NCBI GenBank assembly: GCA_000004695.1
Contig: CM000150.2
Span: forward strand, 4,064,001-4,128,000
Reading direction: 5' to 3'
DNA from: Dictyostelium discoideum
Lineage: Eukaryota
Length of the DNA stretch: 64,000 nt
The notes below the pieces were generated by a model. That model had not been told where the DNA came from, did no database searches, and worked only from the letters and a program-made list of their open reading frames with translations. How positions within the stretch are numbered: position 1 is the first letter of the stretch; each line of letters opens with the position of its first letter. The position numbers and the translations under genes are program-made. Positions 42,977-55,223 of the stretch are shown in pieces.

Positions 42977-45690
42977 TTAATTAACCCAATCCAAATCATA
43001 TTTATATAATTTATTATTAGATAAAGATATTTTAAGGTGGTTTAATAAAATTGGATCGTTTTTAATGCTATTGATTTTGTTACTATTGTCATTATAAAAA
43101 TATTTTAGAATATGAATATTATTGTTTTTGATTGCATGAGTGATTGAGTAATTTGTAATTTTAAATTGATTTGGATAATAAGAGATAACCAAGTTACATA
43201 AATGAGTAATACCTAAAACAAATGCACTTATAAATATATTATTATTATCATTAATATACTGATTTTTTAGTTCTTCTTCATCGTCCTGTTGTTGTTGTTG
43301 AAGAGTATCTTCTTGAAAAATTATTTTAAATAAATTTTGATATTCACTTTGATTAAAAAGTTTTGATAATACATTAGACTGAACCTTTGATTTTTCAATA
43401 CTAATTAATTCATGTTCTTTAGTAGGATTATCAATTTCATCTATTTCAAATTGATGTAATAAATAATTATAAGTTTCTTTTAAAATTAATTTTTTAATAT
43501 CAGATGGTGTTGAAGGATTAATTAATTTTTTATAATTATCTTGATTTTTAATCTTTAAGAAATGCGATTGTAAGAATTCTAAAAATCTAACTTCAAATAG
43601 TTTTTTTGATTGATTAAAAACCATTGATTGAAATTTAAAAGGCTTTTTTACTCTTTCGAAATAATTCTCTAAAAAGAATTTTGATTCTAAATAACTATCA
43701 CAACTATTAACTAATTGAGGTGTTGAAGTAATAGTATTTAAAGATGAAATGGTGATTTCATAATTCTCTAAGATAAATTTAGAAATTTCAAAATTATTTT
43801 TAAATATTGATTCATCAAAAATTGCAGAATGAAATGCTGATTGGTAAAAATTAAATTCTATAAATCTTTGAATTTCATCTGTGTTCATTATTTTACAAGA
43901 TAAACTTATTACTTTTGGAGAGAAATCAAAAGAGTTTATTAAAACAACGGGTTTAATAAATAGATCTTCTTGTTGTTTGATTTTAGTTGTTGTTAAAGGT
44001 TGTTCAGTTGGAGGCATTAAAGGTAACTTTCTAATAGATTCATCTCTTAACTTACTTGCTGATAATAGTGAAAATGCTGGTACTTGATATAAATAAGTTT
44101 TCAAAGGGAATGTTGAACCTATTGGTACTTTTTCACGTAGACAATCAATGTGATCTTGAATGATTTCAAATTGATCAAAGAATAAATCTACTCTTTTAAT
44201 TAATAATAAATACTCTAATGTTAAATTCATAAATTCATGAAATTCATCAAGATAATGTGGGTATTCAATTATATTGATATAATTTAAAAATAATTGTGAA
44301 ATTAACATTTCAATAATTTTATCGAATGAATTGATATAATCACCACTACCACCATTATTATTTTTACCAAATATAAAATCAAATGTAAATTTATCAGATT
44401 CAAAATAATCAATAATGTCATAAACAGTTGGATCAATTTGATACTCGATTGAACAATTATAATATCTTTCTTTTGATTTTGAAAAAGGTTCAGTTATTCT
44501 TGGTATTGATAAAATGAATTTTATAAATTTGGTATCTCTAATTTGTAGGTAATAGAATGAATGATATAAAGTGTGTTTAATTGGTACTGAATTACTTTGA
44601 AATAGTGTATTAATTTCTATAATTTGTTCTTTTGTTACTTTCTTTGATTGAATTAATTTTTCAAAAATAAATTTAATTATAAGAATCAATGATTCAAATG
44701 ATTCGATTGGAATTGATTTTAATCGTTCAATTAATTTTATAATTATTGAATGTAATTCCTTTGCATTTGATTTTTCATCATGATAAATCGTTGTACTAAA
44801 AATATATCTTGGTGAATCATAAAATCTATCACCTTCACTATCACTAAAAGATATTACTTTATTTGAGTTGAATTGATTGGTAGTTTCCTCTTTTTTCTTA
44901 TCAAAAATTGTACTATTTATTATTAATTCAAAAATTGGTAAATCTAATGATAAAGTTGATTCTATTAATAGATTTTTTATAATATCAACTTCCATATTTT
45001 CAATATTTAATTTAATATCTGAATAAATTTTTGAATTTTTGATTTGATTAATAATTTCATTTTGAAATAATTTAAATGAACTTTTTGAAAAGTTTTTAAA
45101 ACCAATTTCATTAAAATATTCAATTAATTCTAATACTTTTGTTTCTGTTGTAGTTTTAGTTTCTGTTGTTGTTATTATTATTGTTTCTGTTGTTGCTGTA
45201 CTTGAAATTAATTTTTCACCATCTTCTTCAAATATTACTCCTAAAGAATTTAAATATTTCAAATTATCAATATTAAAATTGATTACTGAATTATACCAAA
45301 TGAAATTATATATGAGTTTCTTTAATTTCCCTGCACAACCACTACTACTGCCACTGCCATTGCTACTGCTGCCACTGCTACTGCTACTAGAATTTAATTT
45401 CGATTCACATAGATTTAAAAAGTATGATAATAATTCTACAGATTCAAATCTAAATGATAATATATTTTTTTTTTCAATTAAAAATGATTGAACAATCCAT
45501 TTATCATTATTTTCAGAAATCCAATCTAAAATTGATTTTTCTTTAATTATAATAATATCATTATCCTTTTTTTTTAAAATCTCAAATAAAATTGGATTCC
45601 ATTTACAATTCTCTAAATCTATTGGAAGTTGAGTTTTTAAACTACCATTCTCTTTTAATTCTAAAATTCTAAAAAATTCAATAAATTCAC

Positions 45691-45750
<60 letters not shown>

Positions 45751-46189
45751 CATTATTATCATTGTTGTGTAGTTCTTTGATTGTTTTTTTATATTTTAGT
45801 GTGTATTCTAAATAAAAGTCAATTATTTGTTTATAAATAATTTCATCAGTTTTATTTGATTTTTGAGAACCTTTTGAAGATAATGATTTTTTTATTATTG
45901 TTTTTATAAATAATTTTTGTAGTTTTTTAATTGACTTCTCATTGTTATTATTTTTATCATTATCGTAATTAAAAATTATTTTATCATTATCATTATCTAT
46001 ACAATAATTATTATATATTTTTAATACTAATAGAAGTTCACCGATTGTGCTATTTATTGAAAGGTCTGGTAGTTTTCCATTTTCTTTTAAAACTATATCT
46101 AAATCAATTAATTTATTCCTTAATTCTATATCTTTAAATAATAAAAACATTGAGTACCCAATTTTAGTTATATCAATTTCAATAATTTC

Positions 46190-46281
<92 letters not shown>

Positions 46282-46313
46282 TTGATTTAAATCTCTTTAA
46301 AGGCTGTTCCTCT

Positions 46314-46376
<63 letters not shown>

Positions 46377-47104
46377 TTAAAATCAAAAACTGAAAATAAG
46401 GAAATTAGTTGGTTTTCAGTAAATTCATTAATTTTAGATTTTAATGCCAAGTTGATTGAATTCTTTTTTATTCTTTGAATTTCCATATTATAGATAATAT
46501 TGTTTTTATCACTGTTGGTGTTGATGAGTTTTAATAAGATTTGAAGGATTTGTGGATCAGAATAAGTTGATATTGCATATTCTAAAGCTGATGGGTTAAC
46601 TTTTAAAGAGTATTCTTGATTTCCTAATATTTCCAATGCATCAACACAATTACATTTGGTAGCTACATGTATTAAATCTACGATTTCAAATTCTATTCTT
46701 TTATTTTTTAATAATAATATTAAAATCTCTTTTAATATACCATTGTTATTATTATTAGTTGTTGTTGATGCTGTTGTTGTGGTTATTGTTGTTGTTGATG
46801 TAGTATTAACGAATTCAATTCTTGATTTTGACAATGCTGAAAAAAATGTAGTGATTGAATTTTTACTAATTTTAATATAATCATTGGATTCCAATTTACA
46901 CTTTATTAATTGATAAAGGTTCTTTTTAATCATCCAATCTAAAGAATGAATATCTTTAAATTTTTTACGATTTTCTGGGTGAATGTTTTGTGGATCATCA
47001 TATTCAATCCATTCTAAACAATGAATTTGTTTAAAAATTAAACTAAGCAAATATTTATTATGAAATATTTGCCAAAATAATCCTTCAATATAATTATCAC
47101 CCAT
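42977..47104 (-). CDS. Large hypothetical protein (1375 aa), paralogue A of a tandem pair. It has ankyrin-like N- and C-terminal segments with poly-Asn, poly-Ser and poly-Thr inserts
   Basis: Single ORF. The N-terminus (FWQIFHNKYLLSLIFKQIHCLEWIEYDDPQNIH...KFKDIHSLDWMIKKNLYQLIKCKL) and C-terminus (YYPNQFKITNYSITHAIKNNNIHILKYFY...YDLDWVN) are clearly homologous to the ORF at 48718..53547. Confidence 0.7.
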
Positions 47105-48139
47105 ATTGTGATCAAAAAAAAAAAAAAAAAAAAAAAAACCAAAAAAAAAAAAAAAAAAAAACCACTCAAAATTTTTCTTTTTTTTCCTTTTTTTTCTTTT
47201 TTTTTTTTTTTTTTGATATGATATTCATATAATATGTTATATTTAATAATTTAAATTACATTTTAAATTACATTTTAATAGATAAAATTTAATATTAAAT
47301 TACCATGATTTTTAAGTAATTCAGCAAAATTATATTTTAAGTATTATATCGAGCGATTAACCCTATTTTTTGAGCGTAATATGATATTTCAAGCGTTTAT
47401 CTATTATTTTATATGTTTATCATTGATTATAAAGCATATTTCACTTGCTAATGATATTTATTAATTTTGTTAAAATTAATATGGGAAAAAATCTTGGAAA
47501 AATTTTTTTTTTTTTTTTTGAATTAATTTTTAATTTTTTAATTTATTTTACTTATTTTTAATTATTTTTAATTTTTTTTTTTTTGAATTTAATTTAAAAA
47601 CACTCAATGGTTAACAGTTTTATACTAATATCAGCTATTTTTAAATAAATTAAAGGGGTTAGTTATTATTTTCTTTTAAACAAAATTAATATTTAAAATC
47701 AAAAAAAAAAGGAAAAATGGAAAAAAGTTTTTTTTTTTTTCAAGGACTTATTTACAATTTTTTCATCACCAAAAAAAAAATAATCAAAAAATAAAAAAAA
47801 AAAACAATTTTTGTGGCTTTCACCAAAAAAAAACAATAAACAAATAAAAAAAATCATTGATTATAATAAAATTATTATTAAAATATTTTATTATTTATTT
47901 TCATCTTTTATTGCTCCTTATAGGATATTACTCAACAATATAAATATGTTATATAATAAAAAAATAAATAAATTTTTTTGATTTTTTTTTTTTTTTAAAC
48001 ATAAGACGTTTTTTGAAAATGAAAAAAAAAAAAATTTTTTTTCAAATCTGTCAAAAAAAAAAAAAAACAAAATAAAATAAAATAAAAGAGGATAACCAGA
48101 ACAAAAAGAAGATGGACTAAAAATCAAAAGAAGATTCTG

Positions 48140-48205
48140 GTGATGAAAGTGGTGGAGAAAAAAGTTGTAGTAAAGAAATCTAAAACACCAAACACATCAC
48201 CATCG

Positions 48206-48257
<52 letters not shown>

Positions 48258-48469
48258 CCAATGACAAATCATTTAATCTTTCAGATAAAAGAAAAATTTC
48301 ATATAGTAACTTTAAAGGTTTAGAACGTATTGATATCCGTGAATTTTTTGAAGATAAGTCTGGTGAATTAAAACCAAGTTCAAAAGGTATTTCATTAACA
48401 AGAGAACAACTTGTGGTTATATTAGAAAATGGTGATACAATTAAAGATTGGATAAAAGAAAGTAAATAA
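48140..48469 (+). CDS. Transcriptional coactivator PC4 / Sub1 (p15) homologue, 109 aa
   Basis: N-terminal Lys-rich segment and poly-Ser, then a ssDNA-binding PC4 domain: FNLSDKRKISYSNFKGLERIDIREFFEDKSGELKPSSKGISLTREQLVVILENGDTIKDWI. Confidence 0.75.
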
Positions 48470-48717
48470 ACGATTTTCTTTAACAAATTACCACGATTTT
48501 GAAACAATTTATTAAATTTTAATCTTTTATGATAATAATTGGCAAAAAAAAGAATATAGATGATTTAGAACAAGTGGAAACATAATAATAATAAAAAAGA
48601 AAAGTTAATTAATATAAAATTTGCCTTATAAAAATTCTCGCGTTTAACAAAATGCCACAATTTGTTGTGTATTATTATAATTTTTTTTTTTTTTTTTTTA
48701 TGTTTATTACATTAATA

Positions 48718-51700
48718 TTAATTTAACCAATTTAAATCAAATTTATAATTATAATGATTGTTTAGTTCTTTTTTTAAATGATCCACTAAATCCTTGTTAC
48801 TTGAAATGAAGAAAGAGGAAGAATTTTCAAATCTATTATTATTATCAAGAATATGGTTTGGTAATATTGATATTATTTGACTCTTATTATAATTATTATT
48901 ATTATTATTATTATTAATATTATTATTAATATTATTATTTTTATAATAATATTTTAAAATATGAATATTATCTTTGTTGATAGCTTGAGTGATAGCATAA
49001 GTTGTTATTTTAAATTGATTTGGATAATATTTTAAAAATAGATTACACATTTGAATATTTCCTTTTATAAAGTATTTAATAAAAATATTATCATTTTGAT
49101 TTCTGTATTCTTTATCTGCATTTTCTTCATCATTATTAAATAACAATTGACCAAATAAAATTTTTAAACTATCTTGAATCTCTGATTGTTTATAAATTTG
49201 ATTTAATTTTCTATAATCTATATTTACAATTTCTTCTTGCTCTTCTTCATCATCATCTTCATCCACATCATCTTCTTCTACTTCATCTTCTTCATCTTCT
49301 TCATCATCTTCTTCTTCTTCTTCTTCATCTTCTTCTTCTTCATCTTCATCTTCTTCCTGTTCTTTCTGTTGTTTCTGTTCTTGTTGCTGTTCTTGCTGTT
49401 GCTGTTGTTGATGATTATGTTGTTGTTGTTTTTTTTGTTGATTTAATAAAATTAAAACCAATTCTTCTAATAATTGTTTTCTTTGAATTAAAGTTAAATT
49501 TTGATTTATAAATTCTCTATATTTATTTTCATTCTTTTGAAAATAATTATTTAATAATTCAAAGAATCTAAAAGTGAACAATTTCATTTCAAATTTATTT
49601 TTATCAAATTTGAATCTAATTGGATATTTAACTTTTTCAAAATAATTTTCAAGTAAAAACTTTGTTTCTAAATAATGGTCACGATTTAATTTTGGTGATT
49701 GGATTTGTTTACTTTGAATATCATCTTCATTATTATTATCATCATCATCATCGTCTGTAGCTGTTGTTGTCGTAGTAATTGGATCTAGTTGTGGTTGTGT
49801 AATTGATGATGATGTTGTTGTTGATGATGATGATGGTGGTACTGGTATTATTACCATTTTATTTAAATCATTCATTTCAATTTCATAATTATTTAAAATG
49901 AATTTTGAAATTTCAAAACAACCACTCAGAATTGAACAAAAGTAAACAATTTTTTGAAATGGAGTTTGATAGAAATTGAATTCAATTAACCTTTGAATAT
50001 TATCAACATCCATTAATCTACAAGCCAATTTAAGAACACTTGCAGAGAATTTGAATGAGTTTACCAAGAATTGTGGTTTAAAAGATTTCATTAAAGAGAT
50101 CATTGCATGATTAGTTGGTGGTGTTGTAGTTGCCTCTGTTGAAGAATTTAAATCTTGAGTTGTCATCCAATTTGAAGATAACATTGGTTTCGATAAAGGA
50201 ATCATTGGAAACTGTTTAGCATTACCACCACCAGCAGTGGTTTCATAGAGTTTACTAGTTAATAGAATGGTTGAAGCTGGTGATTTATGAATTGGTGTTG
50301 TGTGTGGAAATAATTCATTTTGATCGAAATGACCACTTTGATTCTCTTTATTTAAATAAACTTGAATGAATTGTAATTGTTTGAAAAATAAATCAATATT
50401 TTTAATCTCTAAACAATATTGTAAATAAACATTCATTAAAACTTGTAATACAATTCTATAAATACCACGTTTCTCTTCGAATAATATAATATAATTATGA
50501 ACTAATTGATATATAATTTTTTCAATTATATCATTTAATGAATTTGAAAATTCAAAATTATTATTATTATAATTATCTTTTAAAGTACGACCTAAAATAT
50601 AATTATAAGTGAATACATTTGTATCTAAATAATCCTTAATATCCGGTATACCATCGCCACCACCACCGCCACCAATATTACCAACACCAGAATTTGTGCC
50701 ATATTCAGTTGAACAATTATAATAATTTGAATAATCAGATTGAATAATAATTGAAATGAATGGATTTGTAAGTATACATTTTGATAATTTTGTTGACCTA
50801 ATTTGAAGATAATAGAATGAATGAAATAATGTATGATTTATTGAAATTGAAAGTTGATTTATTAATTTAAAATAAATCTTTTCAACCAAATCAATTGAGA
50901 TACCTTTAATTTGAATTAACTTTTCAAAGTAGTAATTGAAAATTTCATTATACGCTTGTTTAACTGATTTATTATTTGAAGCAACTAAATTGGATTGTCT
51001 ATATTTACAAACCAACTTTTCAATGATATCTATTATGGTATTACTATTGACTTTATTGATTTTATTTGTACAACCACCTATTCTATTCGCAATGAATTGA
51101 TCATAATGAAAGATGTTACGATCCTTATCGAAAATGTATCTACATTGTTTTAATCTACTGAATTCGAAATAATCATTTGCGAAAATCTGTTGTTCTACCA
51201 TATCATTATTTATCAATAATAAATGAATCATTACAATATCAGAGAACAACATTGACTCTATTAAAAAGAAGAATAAAGAATCTTTATTCATCAATGATAA
51301 ATCCAATCTTAATTCCAATACTTGATTAATTGGTATTGATTTCATTACAATCTCTTTAATAAATAATTCCAATGAATTATATGAAAAACATGAAAATCCA
51401 TATGAATTATAAAATTCAATAATTTTAATAATTGATTCTTCATTTAAAATTATATTACCACTATTCTCTTCACTACAACCACAGTTACCATCACTTGAAT
51501 TACTAATACCAATATTATTATTATTCTGATCTTGAATGAAATCATTTAAATGAAAAAATTGAATTTTTAAATTTATTGGTGATGAAATTAGTATCTTTAA
51601 ATTTTGAATATCACAATTCTTTATAGCCTCAACCCATGTATTTTTGTATATTTGTGCTCTAATTGAATTCAAACCAGCCATTTCAAATAGACTTGGTAAA

Positions 51701-52485
51701 ATTGTATCCTTTTCAGTATAAATCGCTAATTCCAATGACTGAATTTCAAATTTATTAAAACTATATACATTCTCACCAAGTATTATTTTCTTTAACCATG
51801 GCAATTTAATATTTGTAATCCAATCAATTGTCTCTCTATCTCTTATAATTATCTTCTCCTTAATAAATCCATTACCATCTACACCAATACTAATTAAATC
51901 AATTAAAATTGGATTCCAAATTAATTGATTCTCTTTAATTTCTTTAATAATTCTTTGGAATATATCTTTAAATGATAAATTATTACAATCACTACAACCA
52001 TTATTATTATTATTATTATTATTATAATCAACGATTTCACAATTTGTTTGAGTTGTTGTAAATTTAATAAATTGATGAAACACTTTTAAGTATCTAAAAA
52101 AATTAATAAATTCAATTTGATAATTATAATTAATTTGTTCTATAATTTGATTCTTATAAATTGATTCTAATTCAATCTCATTTATTAATTCTCTATATTT
52201 ATATATATATTCTTTATAGTATCTATTACTATTTGATTCAATTATTATTAATTTTTGTAATTCTTTTTCTTCATTTATTTCTTGTAATTTATTATTATCA
52301 CAATTATTATTATTATATTTTCTTATTATCACTAATAAATATTTCAATTCTTCAATTGATAATTTAATAAATGATTCTTCATCTTCTAAAAAATCAATAT
52401 TTGTTTTAATAACTAAATTTAATTCCATTAATTTACATTTAGTTTTTAAACATTTTAATGATTTAAATGTTTTAAAATCAATAAA

Positions 52486-52584
<99 letters not shown>

Positions 52585-52633
52585 ATTATTATTATTACTA
52601 TATCTAATTCTTTTTTGTGGTGGTTCTTCATTA

Positions 52634-52710
<77 letters not shown>

Positions 52711-53162
52711 GTTATTATTATTATTGTTATTATTACTATTATTATTATCTGGTAATATTAATACTTTATTATTATTATTATTATTTTTATTTTGAAAATT
52801 TAAACTATTAATTATATAATAAATCATTTCTTCTTTAAAATTATTATTTTTTAATGCAAATGAGAATGATTTAGTTTGTATAATTTCATCAATTATTAAA
52901 TTGAATTCTTTATATGTTTTATTAAAAGTTGATATTAAATATGAAACTATTGTTGGGTTTGAATTTAAAATTGCAAATTCAAAAGTTGATGGATAAACTA
53001 TAATAGAGTAAGGATCATTGGTAAGAATTTCCAATACACAAATACAATTACATTTCACTGCTAAAAATGTTAAATCTGTAATTTCAACTTCTGTTCTCTT
53101 CTTTTCTAATAACAAATGGATAATTTCTTTTAATATTTCTAAAGAAGAAGAGGATGAGGATG

Positions 53163-53260
<98 letters not shown>

Positions 53261-53547
53261 GAATTTATTGATAAATTTGAAATCGTTGTAAATAATATAT
53301 CTATTGAATCTTTATCAATTTGTATATAATCATTATTTGATTGTAATTTACATTTTATTAATGAAAATAACTTTTTATTTATCATCCAACTTAATGAGTG
53401 AATATCTTTAAACTTTAATCTATTATCTGCATGAATTTGTTTTGGGTCATCGTATTCTACCCATTCTGTATTTTGAATATGTTTTATAATACAACGTAAT
53501 AAAAATTTATTATGAAAAACTTTCCAAAAGAAATCTTCATTATTCAT
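48718..53547 (-). CDS. Large hypothetical protein (1609 aa), paralogue B of the tandem pair, with additional poly-Ser, poly-Asn and acidic E/D-rich inserts
   Basis: Single ORF. It is homologous end to end with 42977..47104, for example FFWKVFHNKFLLRCIIKHIQNTEWVEYDDPKQIH, NIQRLIEFNFYQTPF, YYPNQFKITTYAITQAINKDNIHILKYYY and FDLNWLN. Confidence 0.7.
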
Positions 53548-53578
53548 GCTGATTACTATTAAAAATATAATAGATTTG

Positions 53579-53609
<31 letters not shown>

Positions 53610-54817
53610 TTTATTGGCTAATATGTTCTAATTTTTTTTATTATTTTTATTATTTTTTTTTTTTATTACTTAAACACTATTTTAATTTTATTATTTATTA
53701 TTATTTATTATAATTTTTTTTTTTTTTTTTTTTAATAATAATCATAAATTTTAAAAAATTGAATTAAAAAAAAAAAAAAAAAAGTAAAAAGTAATTATAA
53801 AAAAATTTTATAAGAAAAAAAAAAAAAAAGTATAAATACAAAAAAATTATAAAAATAAAAAAAAATAAAATTAAAAAAAAAATTTTTTATGACGTTGATC
53901 TCAGATTAATTATTTTTTTTTTTATTTTTATTTTTAATTTTATTTTTATTTTTATTTTTATTTTTTTTTTTTTTACACAGCTGCGTTACTGAGTGATATA
54001 TTTTTTCAAAAGATTTTTAATTATTCTTCAGACTTTTATTTCGCCATTTTAACCCAAATTAATTAGTGGCACTGGCATTTATGGAAATTAAGAAAAAATT
54101 ATGATCCAGGATGTGTTTAAACTGGGAATTTTTTTTTTTAATTATTTTTTTTTTTTTAAATTTCTTTCGGCAATTTAAAAAAAAAAAAAAATCTTTTAAA
54201 ATGTCAAAAAAATAAATTAATTAATTAAGAATTCTTATATTTCATCAAAAAAAAAAAACCATAATGAACAAATATAACCGTTAGGTGGCTTATGAGATTT
54301 ACATAATCATTAGGTCATTAATATTTTTTTTTTTTTTTTATTTTTTTTTTAAAACAAATATAAAAGAATTAATTATTTATTCTGAATTTTTTTATTCTTT
54401 CTTCTAGAATTTTAAAAAAAAAAAAAAAATATCCATTATTTATTATAAAATAATAAATTGTTTTTTTTTTTTTTTTTGTTTTGATAAATTAAATGTTTTA
54501 AAAGTTGATTTTTATGCCTCTATTAAATTTTAATGGTTTTTTTTTTTTTTTTTTTCAACTAAACTATTCATTCTAACAATGGACAATTAATTAAAAAAAA
54601 AAAAAAAATAATTAAAAATATTTTTTAATTTTTGTGTTTTTGCTATTCTATCTAGTAAATAATTGTTTTTTTTTTAGATGGAAATTTTTGAAAAATATAG
54701 GATTTTCACCAAAGGAAATATTTATATATTTTTTTAATTACCTCATCTCAATTTAGGATGTGAACTAGTTTTATTTAATTTATTTTATAAATGATTTTTT
54801 TGTATCTGAATTTATTA

Positions 54818-54833
54818 AAAAAATTTAAAATCC
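54818..54833. repeat. Target-site duplication (3'-side copy): aaaaaatttaaaatcc
   Basis: Identical to 61176..61191. It is directly followed by the element's terminal T-run (poly(A) on the element strand). Confidence 0.8.
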
Positions 54834-54930
54834 TTTTTTTTTTTTTTGAATTGGATAACGCAATTATTATTTGCTTCTCCTTGAGATGCTAGATCTCATT
54901 TTATTTTTTTTTTTTTTTTACAGGGTCTTT

Positions 54931-55164
54931 TTGATTAAAACATCTTTTTTGTCCAAACTTTTTTCTAAATCTTTTTTTATTTTATCGTCTGGTTCGTGAT
55001 TGATGTTTATGACGTATTTGAATTGTTTTTTTTTTTTTTTAATTGAGTTTTATCCACAATTTCGCTTATTTTTTGTAGGCATTTGTGTTGCTTAATATTT
55101 GTGGTGTTGTTTGTGATTTTCATTTTATTTTCTTTCTATCTTTTTTATTTTTCTGATTAACTTG

Positions 55165-55170
<6 letters not shown>
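54931..55170. repeat. 3' copy of the TRE5 B-module, including the first ~65 codons of ORF1; direct repeat of 59801..60060
   Basis: About 230 bp is nearly identical between 54931..55170 and 59801..60060. Each copy abuts a T-run. The 5' copy has a roughly 30-bp insertion before aattaacttgggtt. Confidence 0.85.

Positions 55171-55219
<49 letters not shown>

Positions 55220-55223
<4 letters not shown>

Noticed and set aside
53018-53329. ORF 53018..53329(+) encoding poly-Asp/Glu, and ORFs 52161..52811(+) encoding poly-Tyr/Ile
   Set aside because: They are antisense to the poly-Ser and poly-Asn tracts of the 48718..53547 minus-strand gene, and are artefacts of trinucleotide repeats.
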